A DNA stretch of 64,000 nt. Origin: an uncultured virus (IMG/VR IMGVR_UViG_3300035181_002093) (lineage: Duplodnaviria; Heunggongvirae; Uroviricota; Caudoviricetes). The stretch covers positions 1 to 64,000 of the IMG/VR virus record IMGVR_UViG_3300035181_002093; one strand, given 5' to 3'. Position numbers and translations under genes: made by a program. Under the pieces are notes generated by a model, which was not told the origin of the DNA, did not search any database, and saw only the letters and a program-made list of their open reading frames with translations. Shown here piece by piece: positions 1 to 8,947 of the stretch (the stretch's first letter is position 1; each line of letters starts with the position of its first letter).

Positions 1-89
1 GGGCGCTTTTTCACCTTCTGCATGAGGCGGGCAAGGCGTTCCGCAGGGGCGATGTCTACCCACGCGTAGTTGGGACGCCGTCCACGCAT
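1..89 (-). CDS. Partial CDS running off the window start, possibly an HNH endonuclease N-terminus
   Basis: ATG at 89 overlaps the upstream TGA; reads MRGRRPNYAWVDIAPAERLARLMQKVKKR, loosely like the RFWAKVKK start of the HNH at 8100. Confidence 0.4.
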   Translation of the reverse strand, partial: MRGRRPNYAWVDIAPAERLARLMQKVKKR

Positions 90-493
90 CAGCGTCGCTC
101 GAGTTCAGTTCGCTCCTTGACCAGGTCGCGATTGAGCGCGGCTTCTTCGGTGAAGCCATTCGGGTAGCGTGCACGGAGCTTGGCGATCCCGCGTTCCATT
201 GCTTCTTCCATCGAGAAGCCCGCCGCGTCCAAGCAGAGGGACACGTACCACATGACGTCGAAGCACTCCTCCATCACGTTCGTGAGGTCCAGTGATTTTC
301 CGTACACCAGGTGCTTCTTCACCATGTCCTGAAGCTCACCGGCTTCGGTGCACACCCCAATCATGCCGTGAAGCAGCCGCGCCACTCGGCGGTCATGGTC
401 ACCAGGCGTCTGAGACGTCGCGGCGGGCATGTTCACGAAGGCAGGCGTGACCTCGGTCCGTAGGCAGAGCTTCTGAAATTCGTTTGGCGTCAT
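89..493 (-). CDS. mazG: MazG-like nucleotide pyrophosphohydrolase
   Basis: GVCTEAGELQDMVKKH...EECFDVMWY...IAKLRARYPNGF; all-alpha NTP-PPase ExxE/EExxD pattern. Confidence 0.85.
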   Translation of the reverse strand: MTPNEFQKLCLRTEVTPAFVNMPAATSQTPGDHDRRVARLLHGMIGVCTEAGELQDMVKKHLVYGKSLDLTNVMEECFDVMWYVSLCLDAAGFSMEEAMERGIAKLRARYPNGFTEEAALNRDLVKERTELERR

Positions 494-540
494 CGTCCGT
501 TGATACCATGCCTGTATCCTGCTTCGTCAACGCGATAAAC

Positions 541-825
541 CTAGCCTTTGACTTCGGGAAGCAGGGCGTGAATCTTCGCGGCCCACTCGGCGTTGAATCG
601 TGCTTGCGCGGTGTGTTCGTCGGCCCGCACCTTCTCGAGCTGCGCGAGGAGTTTCTTCCCCGCCTCGATCGGCATGATCTTGATGGGCACGAACCACATG
701 TGCCCGTACTCCTTGGTGCGCACGACCCCGTCGGGACGCATCTCGACGACGGTGCCACCGAGCACGAACGGGAACGAGCGGTACTTCCAGAACGCGAACA
801 GGCCCGTGATCTTCTTGGTCGTCAT
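541..825 (-). CDS. Hypothetical protein
   Basis: 94-aa ORF coupled to the upstream gene (ATGA overlap at 822-825). Confidence 0.7.
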   Translation of the reverse strand: MTTKKITGLFAFWKYRSFPFVLGGTVVEMRPDGVVRTKEYGHMWFVPIKIMPIEAGKKLLAQLEKVRADEHTAQARFNAEWAAKIHALLPEVKG

Positions 826-1280
826 TTCATTCCTCGCAACTGCGCTTCAGCACCAAGAACCTCGAGCCACTCACGCCAGTCGTCCTTGAAGTGCTCTTCG
901 TCGCGGATGAGCTTCTTGATCGAGTTGACCAAGTGCTGATCGTCCATTTCGAACGGGTACAGCTGCCGAGCATCCTTGGTGACCCACTTCCCCAGCTGCA
1001 TCGTCTCCTCGCGGACGTAACCGTCGACGCACGCCGGGCAGCCCTTGCAGAGCATGCACTGCAGGCACGTCGGACCTTTGTAGACGACGAACTGAGGTCC
1101 GAAGCGTGTCTTGCAGCACGTCACGTAGGCGTCGGCGCCGTAGCACCAGCCACACACGTGCACCAAGCCATCGCCGTCGTGGTGCTGCATGAAGCTACGG
1201 TTGACTCGATAGGGCGGGTCGAACGATCCCTTGATGACACTGTCACGCGTTCTGACGCCGCTCGAGAGGGTGTTGGCCAC
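822..1280 (-). CDS. Cys-rich hypothetical protein (DxxGLVH...TCLQC family)
   Basis: GTG at 1280 just after the ParB stop; HDGDGLVH...TCC...TCLQCMLCKGCPAC. Confidence 0.65.
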   Translation of the reverse strand: MANTLSSGVRTRDSVIKGSFDPPYRVNRSFMQHHDGDGLVHVCGWCYGADAYVTCCKTRFGPQFVVYKGPTCLQCMLCKGCPACVDGYVREETMQLGKWVTKDARQLYPFEMDDQHLVNSIKKLIRDEEHFKDDWREWLEVLGAEAQLRGMK

Positions 1281-1282
1281 GG

Positions 1283-2266
1283 CTACTTCTTCTCCTTGCT
1301 CTTCGCCTCCGCCTTGATCTTGGCGTAGACGCCGATGAGAATCGTACGCAAGCGTTGATCGGCGGCCTCGCCGATCACCAGCTTGAGCGTATCTTCGACC
1401 CCTTCCCACCACGCCAACGTCTTCTCGCTGGCGTTGGGGTGGGAGGTGTCTTGCACCGCTGCCAAGAACGTCTTGAGCGTCTTCTTGTCGGTCACGCCCG
1501 TGACGTTGCCCGCGCCCGCATTGTTCGCAGCGATGCGTGCCGCACGCGTCGAGCCCTTGCTGCCAGCGGGCGCATGTTCGAGCAGCGCCTCGAGCGCCTC
1601 CTTCTGCTTCTCGGGCTCCTTGATCCGCGCCAGCGTCGTTGCCGCGCTCGGCGAGATCTTGCCCTGCTCGACCGCCTTCTTCGTCACGGCCAGCGCGTTG
1701 TCGTCGAACGCGAGCCAGTTCTTGATGGTGGCCAGGGTCACGTTGAAGCGGATGGCCGCGTCCTCGGGCGAGACGCCCTTGTTCATGAAGCGCTTGAGCT
1801 TGCCGATCTTCGTCATCATGTCGTCGTCGCGCCGCGCTTCGTTCTCGGAGATCATTGTGCCCATGAGGCCGACGTCGGTATCGCGCTTCATCTTGCAGTC
1901 GACCTTGATGAGCGGCTCGCCGTTGGCCTTGCGACGCTTGTTCGCCACGCGGGCTGCGCGCACACGCGACCGCCCCACGACGACCGTCGCGAAATCGTCG
2001 AGCTTGGCGATGATGATGGGAGTGTCGACGCCCACGGCGTAGATGTTGTTGATGAACTCGGGCGTCAGCGGCTCGTGGAGTCGGACGTCGTAGAGCGAAT
2101 TCTCCTCATCCTCCTCGGTGTCGTTGGGCCCCTGCTCGTCCTTGGGCAAGCACTTGCCGCCGACGATGCACAAGTCATCAGGGTCGACCGACCACATGGA
2201 GTTGCGTGCAAAGTCGAACGCCTGCTTCTTGGACTTGGACTTGGCCGTCTCGGTCGTCATCGTCAT
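1283..2266 (-). CDS. ParB/Srx-like N-terminal domain protein with HTH
   Basis: INNIYAVGVDTPIII...VVVGRSRVRAA...MISENEARRD, then HTH-like GVSPEDAAIRFNVTLATIKNWL. Confidence 0.75.
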   Translation of the reverse strand: MTMTTETAKSKSKKQAFDFARNSMWSVDPDDLCIVGGKCLPKDEQGPNDTEEDEENSLYDVRLHEPLTPEFINNIYAVGVDTPIIIAKLDDFATVVVGRSRVRAARVANKRRKANGEPLIKVDCKMKRDTDVGLMGTMISENEARRDDDMMTKIGKLKRFMNKGVSPEDAAIRFNVTLATIKNWLAFDDNALAVTKKAVEQGKISPSAATTLARIKEPEKQKEALEALLEHAPAGSKGSTRAARIAANNAGAGNVTGVTDKKTLKTFLAAVQDTSHPNASEKTLAWWEGVEDTLKLVIGEAADQRLRTILIGVYAKIKAEAKSKEKK

Positions 2267-3078
2267 TTCCTCTTCCGTAGGACTACGAGTGGGGTGTTGG
2301 TTGCACGCTTCTTGGTGTCGAAGCAGTACATGCAGTTTTGACAGGCGGATTCCAACGGAACCGCGTCAGGGTGGCCTTCATGAATCGTCGCGGGACACGT
2401 CCGAGCATCAGGCGCGCGCTTGGCACGTCCACGTCCGATCGCGTGCTCCTCGAACACGACGTTGACCCACTTCGGAATGACTTCGTCATCCGTGCAGCGA
2501 ACCCACGCTGCGAAGAACTGCGGGCGCCGTTTGGCCAAGAGCTTTAGCCCTGCAGCGCGGTGTCGCGCGAGCGTTGTTGCATCGAAGCTGAGCATCACGT
2601 GTAGGTTGGGGGATTCCACGAGCTTGGCGGCCATGTCGAATTTGCGGGTCGAAACCCAAATCCGAAACTTAGGTTTCACGGCCTTGGCGTACGCTGCAAG
2701 CTGGTTTATGAAATAAACACTGCCGAGCTGCAGATCTCCCACGCCAAACATCCGGAGGAAGTCCTGCTGACGCGACACGACGTGCGCGATGTCCATCGCC
2801 TCGTCAGCGAGCTGACCCCACTCCTGGGTGTCGATCCCGAACAGCGCCGCGTTCTCGGCCTGCCGTCGCAGCGCCGCTGGCATAGCGATACGGCCGCCCA
2901 GGCCGTAGCAGTATACACTACATGCGCGCGTCATCCCGGTGCAAGTAAGCGCGATGCTGGTGTTGATCGAAACGCCTGTCTTGTCGTTCTTCGAAAGGAA
3001 CAGACGATCGGGAACATCCTCGACGAGGATTTCGGGCGTTTTCTCTCTCAGTTTCTTGAGTTTATATTGCGGAGGCAT
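2263..3078 (-). CDS. GP88-like (radical-SAM-like, Cys-rich) phage protein
   Basis: LSKNDKTG..INTSIALTCTGMTRACSVYCYG, LRMFGVGD, WVSTRK, C-terminal CPA...CQNCMYC. Confidence 0.65.
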   Translation of the reverse strand: MPPQYKLKKLREKTPEILVEDVPDRLFLSKNDKTGVSINTSIALTCTGMTRACSVYCYGLGGRIAMPAALRRQAENAALFGIDTQEWGQLADEAMDIAHVVSRQQDFLRMFGVGDLQLGSVYFINQLAAYAKAVKPKFRIWVSTRKFDMAAKLVESPNLHVMLSFDATTLARHRAAGLKLLAKRRPQFFAAWVRCTDDEVIPKWVNVVFEEHAIGRGRAKRAPDARTCPATIHEGHPDAVPLESACQNCMYCFDTKKRATNTPLVVLRKRK

Positions 3079-3108
3079 GCCGTAGCAGTTTCATGTCAAG
3101 GTTCCTCG

Positions 3109-3828
3109 ATGCGGGAAACGAAGAAGTGTTCTACATGTGAACAGTGCCGTCCGCTTTCAGCATTTCACACGACGACACGAGGTCCTGAAACCCGTTGCCG
3201 TGCCTGCGTCGCAGAGTATTTGCGTACGTGGCGAAAATCCCGGAAAACCACCACAACCGGTACACGAACGTGTCGGGTTTGCACTAAACGAAAACCCTTA
3301 CAGGCGTTTCCTGTTGAACTGTCTTCCGTTAAAGGAAGGTCATGGCGCTGCAGCGCGTGCGTCGCGGATTACCAACAGCGCTGGACGCTTGAAAAGCGCA
3401 AAAACAAACCCGTTTTCAAACGGGCGCGATCTCCGGGCGGGCCCTACATCGTTAAACAGTGCGATGTATGTGGAAACGATTACATGCCCGGGTCGCCTTT
3501 ACAACACCGTTGTAAACCTTGTCAAAGGTATTTGCGCACGCGAACAAGCGACCTTGATTTGTCAGACCGTGACCGTCGCATCGTGATTTTAGCGTTACGT
3601 GTAGCTAAAACATGTCAGTATTGCGGTGATGTATTGAATGGTTCGATCATTGAACACATGGACCCGTGTGCAGGTGATTGCCCGAGTAATCTGACGATCT
3701 CGTGTCGCGCGTGTAACATGGGGAAGGGCGCATCTACCGCGTCTGACTACATTGCACGGTGTGTACGTGTCGCTAAACACGCTAAAAGATACGCGGTCAA
3801 AACAATCGAAGAACTCGCCATTCTTTAG
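3109..3828 (+). CDS. Free-standing HNH endonuclease with N-terminal CxxC repeats
   Basis: CQYCG...IIEHMDP...SNLTISCRACNMGKG; visibly AT-richer and on the opposite strand to its neighbours. Confidence 0.8.
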   Translation: MRETKKCSTCEQCRPLSAFHTTTRGPETRCRACVAEYLRTWRKSRKTTTTGTRTCRVCTKRKPLQAFPVELSSVKGRSWRCSACVADYQQRWTLEKRKNKPVFKRARSPGGPYIVKQCDVCGNDYMPGSPLQHRCKPCQRYLRTRTSDLDLSDRDRRIVILALRVAKTCQYCGDVLNGSIIEHMDPCAGDCPSNLTISCRACNMGKGASTASDYIARCVRVAKHAKRYAVKTIEELAIL

Positions 3829-4319
3829 TCGACATGGAAACCATCCCAGATTGTGGTGCTGCAAGCCCCGCACTCGAGGCGCGCTGCATCGATGACCTGT
3901 TTGGGCACGCGGTTCATCGCGCCGTCCCGCTCTCCAGAGAGGTCCTTGTCGTTGTGCGACAGGTGCGCCTTCCACAGGTGCGCGGTCAAATAGGTCTCGA
4001 CGATCGCGTTCGCACGCCGAAGGTCCTTCTTGCACTTGGGACAACGCGCCGGGACGACCAGCTGTCGCGTTGAAATGCGGACGTGGGCCACGTCTATCGC
4101 GTGGCCCTTTCCACGAATGGGCACGACGTTCTCGACGGAGTCGACGTCGACCGAGTCAACTTTGCCTGGGACGATGCCGGCGATCAGGATGACCGCGTCA
4201 GCTTTGCGCAGCGCCTTGGAACGCGCCTCTTGCCAGGTCTTGGCTTCGAAATGGTCTACGTAGGATTGTTCGTTGTCATCATAGACGGCGAAGACCGTCC
4301 ACCATTGCTTGGTAGCCAT
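3825..4319 (-). CDS. Hypothetical protein with C-terminal Zn ribbon
   Basis: ATG 4319 preceded by GGGAGA; CPKC...CGAC. Confidence 0.65.
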   Translation of the reverse strand: MATKQWWTVFAVYDDNEQSYVDHFEAKTWQEARSKALRKADAVILIAGIVPGKVDSVDVDSVENVVPIRGKGHAIDVAHVRISTRQLVVPARCPKCKKDLRRANAIVETYLTAHLWKAHLSHNDKDLSGERDGAMNRVPKQVIDAARLECGACSTTIWDGFHVD

Positions 4320-4367
4320 TCTCCCTAACTTCACGTATTGCCGTAGCGATACGCAGCGTGACAATTT

Positions 4368-5123
4368 CTAGGCGAGCAAGAATTCGCGCACCAGCTCCCA
4401 GCCGTGCCACGGCAGGGTGATGAGCGCGGAGATTCTTGCGATTGGGACGCACTTGCAGTCCGGGCACGCCGCGCGGTGTTCGACGGGGTTCACCGTCGCA
4501 CCGTCGGGCGCTGCTTCACGAACTGCTTGTAGCTTCGAGAACTGGAACGCGTCCATGTACTTCGGAGGTCCGACTTCGAACGTCACACAGTGAGCACATC
4601 CACAGTCACACGCGTCGCCGCGACGAAGCTGTTCGTAGACCGTGAAGCCCGACAGGTCCAACATCTCGTCGGTCACGGCATCGAGAATCTCGTCCTCGGG
4701 CAGGAAGCCCTCGGCCATCCGAGCCCTCTGTTCGTCGTCGCCATTCTTCTCGATCCAGAGGCGCAGAGCCTTGGAGCGAGCGTTGTCCTTGGCGGTGGCA
4801 TCGCGCGAGGTCACGGCGGCCATCTCGGCCTTGCGCGCGCTCTCGACCTGCTGTGCCTTTTCGAGGTGCTTGCGCTGCAGTGCACGGACTTCGAGAATCG
4901 GACGGATGGCGTCCAGCGTTGCTTCCACGACCGGCGGTTCGGCTGTGCTGGTCCCGATGGCTTCGTTGTTCTCGTAGGCCATCGCCAGCTCGAGGCGTAG
5001 CTCTGGAGAGAGGGTTGCGAGCGCCTCTTCCGTGAGGGTGAAGCTCTGGGACCCCACCGTGACCTTGCCTGCCAAGATGGCGGCGCGCGGTGAGACGAAG
5101 ACGTTGATGGTCAGCACGGGCAT
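4368..5123 (-). CDS. Hypothetical protein
   Basis: 251-aa ORF with phage-typical codon use; Cys clusters CDCGCAHC and CPDCKC. Confidence 0.7.
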   Translation of the reverse strand: MPVLTINVFVSPRAAILAGKVTVGSQSFTLTEEALATLSPELRLELAMAYENNEAIGTSTAEPPVVEATLDAIRPILEVRALQRKHLEKAQQVESARKAEMAAVTSRDATAKDNARSKALRLWIEKNGDDEQRARMAEGFLPEDEILDAVTDEMLDLSGFTVYEQLRRGDACDCGCAHCVTFEVGPPKYMDAFQFSKLQAVREAAPDGATVNPVEHRAACPDCKCVPIARISALITLPWHGWELVREFLLA

Positions 5124-5127
5124 GGCG

Positions 5128-5277
5128 TCACATGAACAGAGCCCAAAGCGTCAACGCAAACAAGCCCAGACCGGCGCCGATGAGGGCCAACGACAGGAGG
5201 CCCCGCCACACCGTGGAGCGTGGCGGGTCCCGGGGCGCAGCCTGCAGCGAAGGGAACGGCAACAGGTTATCCTTCAC
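5128..5277 (-). CDS. Small membrane protein
   Basis: GTGA overlap with the upstream stop; C-terminal hydrophobic LLSLALIGAGLGLFALTLWALFM. Confidence 0.5.
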   Translation of the reverse strand: MKDNLLPFPSLQAAPRDPPRSTVWRGLLSLALIGAGLGLFALTLWALFM

Positions 5278-5525
5278 GATGGGCTCGTTGTCTTTTTGCA
5301 GCTTGGGCACAGAACTTCCTCGTTGAGCGTGGGCTTGTCTTCTTCGAGATTGAACGACTCTCCGCAGACCCCGCACGGAACAACACTCCGTGCTTTCAGA
5401 TAGGCGTCGAGCCCTGTCTGTGTCGGGTTGTTGATCTCTTCGATCGCGCGGTCGACGACGTCTTGCTTGCCGCCTGCCTCGAGGGCGTCGTAGAGCGCGG
5501 CGAGATACAGGTTAAAGTACTTCAT
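5274..5525 (-). CDS. Small Zn-ribbon protein
   Basis: CGVC...CPSC; ATGA coupling. Confidence 0.65.
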   Translation of the reverse strand: MKYFNLYLAALYDALEAGGKQDVVDRAIEEINNPTQTGLDAYLKARSVVPCGVCGESFNLEEDKPTLNEEVLCPSCKKTTSPS

Positions 5526-6229
5526 GTTGCAGCGGCCTCCACAGAGGCATCATAGATCGCTTGCCGCGCTTCGGCGCGCAACCTCCTGGCCTCCCGTTTC
5601 TCCCAGCGCTTCTTGGCGACATCATCGATGAACCGCTTCTCCCACTGCCCCCGCTCGTTCCAGTCGGCGGTGAACCAGTGCCAGCTCACCCCATCGCTCA
5701 GGATCTCGCGGCGCAACATGTCGAAGTGGTCTTCGAGCACGGGGGCGTACTTCGCCCCGACGAACCAGGTTTCCCCGTCGATCCGGGTGGTCCAGGGAAC
5801 GCGTGCGCAGAAGCGCTTGAACATGTCCTCGGCGTATCCAGCACCCCGGGGCCAGCGATTGTGGTTGCTCGTCCAACGAAACGGGTTGGTCTCGGACGCC
5901 AAGCTAATCATGTCCTGGAACCCCGCATCGCCGAGCGCACGGCGCCAGCCCCTCAGGTTCTTGTCCGTGGTCATGCTGTACCCGGTGTATCCAAAATCCG
6001 TGATCATGTCACGGCTGAAATCAACCGCCATTACACGGGTATCGTGGTGCTTGAAGACCATGCGACCAGTCGCGGTCCAAAGAAGGCCTTCGAACGTAAC
6101 GAAGCGCTCAGCCTTGCCCTCGAAGACGATCTCCGTATTCGTGCCCTTGTGTCGTACGCCTCCGTTGCGAAGGGCTTTATCTAGTTGTTCGTTGTGGCGA
6201 TTCAGTGAATTTCGCCTTGCGAACCCCAT
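5522..6229 (-). CDS. Hypothetical protein
   Basis: 235-aa ORF, translationally coupled at both ends. Confidence 0.7.
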   Translation of the reverse strand: MGFARRNSLNRHNEQLDKALRNGGVRHKGTNTEIVFEGKAERFVTFEGLLWTATGRMVFKHHDTRVMAVDFSRDMITDFGYTGYSMTTDKNLRGWRRALGDAGFQDMISLASETNPFRWTSNHNRWPRGAGYAEDMFKRFCARVPWTTRIDGETWFVGAKYAPVLEDHFDMLRREILSDGVSWHWFTADWNERGQWEKRFIDDVAKKRWEKREARRLRAEARQAIYDASVEAAAT

Positions 6230-6654
6230 CAGGCTCCTTTCAGGCGCGAGGTCTCCTTGCGGATCTTCTCCTGCGCGATGAGCAGGCGTTTACGCCATAG
6301 GTCCAGTCGCGTCTTGACTGGGACTGTGGAGTGTACCGTACGCACGTAGCGGTACTTTTCCGCGTTGCCCCGCTCAGCCCACTCGATGATGTCCCCCGTA
6401 CACAGAGGGCATCGCATCGCAGGCGTCTTGTTGTTCTGCTCGAAGTGGTTGTTGCTACAGTCCATGATGTAGAGCAACGCGCCGTCAACGCCCACTTCAA
6501 CTGCCGTTGAACCGCAACAGCCGAACTTCCAACCGTTACCGCCCGCGCTGATCGCGCAAGCCATGCTGACGGGGCAGGTCCCACAGTCGACTGTGCCTTC
6601 CTTGATCTTCTTCTCGGACGTGGTGAGCACGTCGAGGATCTTCAACGCCATCAT
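6229..6654 (-). CDS. Cys-rich hypothetical protein
   Basis: ATGA overlap at 6651-6654; CGTCPVSMAC, CC, CPLC. Confidence 0.65.
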   Translation of the reverse strand: MMALKILDVLTTSEKKIKEGTVDCGTCPVSMACAISAGGNGWKFGCCGSTAVEVGVDGALLYIMDCSNNHFEQNNKTPAMRCPLCTGDIIEWAERGNAEKYRYVRTVHSTVPVKTRLDLWRKRLLIAQEKIRKETSRLKGA

Positions 6655-7220
6655 GCCGATAGATCCTTTGCTGCGATTTTGTACGTACCGCGAGGGTGCG
6701 CACAGGTCACCGTGACGGTGTCTTTCCTGATCTTGACGGGATGCACGAGCGCGGCACCATCGCGCAGACGTATCAAATGCGTTGAGTCGCCGGGCCTCGA
6801 CATGGGGCGCACCCCTACTGGCGGCCCCTGACGAAAGCAGTGATCCGGCGTGCTGTAGTTCTTCGCGATGCAGTCGATGGAGTAGGAACACCCCGAGCAG
6901 ACCTCATAGGGGTCCTTGATGAGTTTGTGCAACGGCGCCAACATCGGCTTGTCGTTGTTGATAGCGTAGCGCACGAGTACCCGTGCCACGCCCTCTTGTA
7001 CAACGGTCCGTAGGGCGTGCTGCAAGTCGGTGCTGAGCGTTGGACACGCATTGACGAGACGATGACTGATGTCGCCCTTGACCTCCTCAACGAGAAAGAG
7101 GACGCGCTCGACTACCTCGCGGGGCTGCTCGAGCATCCGGGCGATCACTTCGATCACGTCTTCTTCCGCGTCTCCCCACTTCGCTTCGAAGAGTGCTTGC
7201 TCCAGATCATCTAATGCCAT
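6651..7220 (-). CDS. Hypothetical protein
   Basis: ATG 7220 with GGAGG SD; CSGCSYSIDC. Confidence 0.7.
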   Translation of the reverse strand: MALDDLEQALFEAKWGDAEEDVIEVIARMLEQPREVVERVLFLVEEVKGDISHRLVNACPTLSTDLQHALRTVVQEGVARVLVRYAINNDKPMLAPLHKLIKDPYEVCSGCSYSIDCIAKNYSTPDHCFRQGPPVGVRPMSRPGDSTHLIRLRDGAALVHPVKIRKDTVTVTCAHPRGTYKIAAKDLSA

Positions 7221-7269
7221 AGCGTCTCCTCCATCGGATACTGATACCAAATTTAACCGGAGGTTATGG

Positions 7270-8103
7270 ATGTACTCCACACGCATTCTCAAGGACTCGA
7301 TTGCTCCGTGCGGCAAACGTCTCACCACCTGGGAGTTGACCTACCCACGCTTCGTGCACGCCGAGCTGATGACCCATCGACTGTTCAGTCGCAACGCCGC
7401 GTCGAGCCGGGCCATCCCGATCGAGAAGCTCATCGAGCGCGTCGAACAGGATCCAGCGATGCCGGTCTTCTGGGGCAAGAACCAGAAGGGGATGCAGGCC
7501 GAGGTCGAGATGTCGCCTGCCGAACGGCAGAAAGCCGAAGCCCAGTGGCTTTATGCGCGAGACCTTGCGGTGCAACAGTGCCGGAACCTCGCAGGCCTGG
7601 GCGTCCACAAACAGCTCGCCAACCGCATCATCGAGCCGTGGATGTTCATCACTGTCATTCTCTCGGCAACGGAGTTCGACAACTGGTTCCACCTGCGGAA
7701 CCACCGCATGGCCCAGCCCGAGATCGCGTGGGTAGCCAAGGACATGTGGGAGAAGTTCCACGCACCGTCGAACCTGCCGCAGGAACTTGCCGCAGGTGAA
7801 TGGCATCTGCCCCTCACCGACGGATCCGACGACGTCTCCATGGATGTCTTAAAGAAGATCTCGGTCGGACGTTGTGCACGTGTGTCGTATTTGACACACG
7901 AGGGCAAGCGTGACCCTGTCGAGGACATCAAGCTCCACGACCGGCTCTGTGCGGGCCCCGCAACAGGCGACCCGGGCCACTGGTCCCCGTTCGAGCACGT
8001 CGCCCAGGCGCTTGCGACGCCCGACCGCAGTGGCAACTTCATCGGCTTCCGGCAGTACCGCAAGGAATTCGAGACTGAACACTTTGGGGGGCGTTTACCG
8101 TGA
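7270..8103 (+). CDS. thyX: Flavin-dependent thymidylate synthase (phage ThyX/Thy1)
   Basis: YPRFVHAELMTHRLFSRNAASSRAIP, HKQLANR, CARVSY, HWSPFEH; GGAGG SD. Confidence 0.9.
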   Translation: MYSTRILKDSIAPCGKRLTTWELTYPRFVHAELMTHRLFSRNAASSRAIPIEKLIERVEQDPAMPVFWGKNQKGMQAEVEMSPAERQKAEAQWLYARDLAVQQCRNLAGLGVHKQLANRIIEPWMFITVILSATEFDNWFHLRNHRMAQPEIAWVAKDMWEKFHAPSNLPQELAAGEWHLPLTDGSDDVSMDVLKKISVGRCARVSYLTHEGKRDPVEDIKLHDRLCAGPATGDPGHWSPFEHVAQALATPDRSGNFIGFRQYRKEFETEHFGGRLP

Positions 8104-8579
8104 GACCGCGCCAAACTACCTCCATCAAGACCCGTTTTTGGGCCAAGGTCAAAAAGACGCGGAGGTGTTGGTTATGGACCGCGTCAACGAACGGTGAAGG
8201 CTACGGACATCTCGGCAAAGGGCGCGCGGGGGAAGGCACGGTCGCCGCCCATCGTTTCTCTTGGCTACTTCACCACGGAAGCCTTCCACCGCGCGGCATC
8301 GGCATTCTTCACAAGTGTGACAATCCTCGATGTGTTCGTCCGAGCCATCTTTTTCGCAGTGACCAAGACGTCAACATGCGGGACGCGGCTACAAAGGGGC
8401 GCGTGCCACGCGGAACCCGCCACTGGAACGCGAAGCTCACGCCCCGCAAAGTCGCTGCGATTCGACGCGCGTTCAAACGCGGGGATGTGTCACAAACACA
8501 GCTCGCTAAACGTTTCAACGTGGCGCAATCGACAATTAGTATCGTTGCGCGTCAACGCGGTTGGCGTTCAGTCCGGTGA
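8100..8579 (+). CDS. HNH homing endonuclease with C-terminal HTH
   Basis: RFWAKV..CWLW...GYG...AHRFSW...LHKCDNPRCVRPSHL...NMRD; SQTQLAKRFNVAQSTIS. Confidence 0.9.
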   Translation: MRPRQTTSIKTRFWAKVKKTRRCWLWTASTNGEGYGHLGKGRAGEGTVAAHRFSWLLHHGSLPPRGIGILHKCDNPRCVRPSHLFRSDQDVNMRDAATKGRVPRGTRHWNAKLTPRKVAAIRRAFKRGDVSQTQLAKRFNVAQSTISIVARQRGWRSVR

Positions 8580-8947
8580 TGGGGTGGGGCCAACTTCGGT
8601 CCGTCCTTGCTGTCTTTTCGCTTCTCCCCATCCCACACGGACTCGAGGATCTCTTCTTCCTCGAAGGTCCAAGTCATCAGCTCGTGCGCGCGGACGCCGT
8701 ACTCCTTGAAAGCGTCGAACACGTAGACCTCAGGGTCCCGCAGTCGTGGGCCCTCGAACGTCATGATCGTGTGCAAGTCCCGTAGGCACTTGATGCACGT
8801 GCCGTTGATCTTCTGGAAGCTGTCGTCACAACCGCAGTCAAGACAGCTCGGGCAATAGACCTTGCCGTCGTGCCACTGAACGAGGTCCGTCTCGTTCCCG
8901 CAGCGTGCGCACGACGGTTCAGATGGGCGAGGTTTCCGCCGGGGCAT
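8552..8947 (-). CDS. Cys-rich hypothetical protein
   Basis: CARC, CPSC, CGC, CIKC. Confidence 0.55.
   Translation of the reverse strand: MPRRKPRPSEPSCARCGNETDLVQWHDGKVYCPSCLDCGCDDSFQKINGTCIKCLRDLHTIMTFEGPRLRDPEVYVFDAFKEYGVRAHELMTWTFEEEEILESVWDGEKRKDSKDGPKLAPPHHRTERQPR

Noticed and set aside
3079..3830. Group I intron around the HNH or GIY-YIG genes
   Set aside because: Flanking genes look complete and abut the endonuclease ORFs, leaving no room for a ribozyme core
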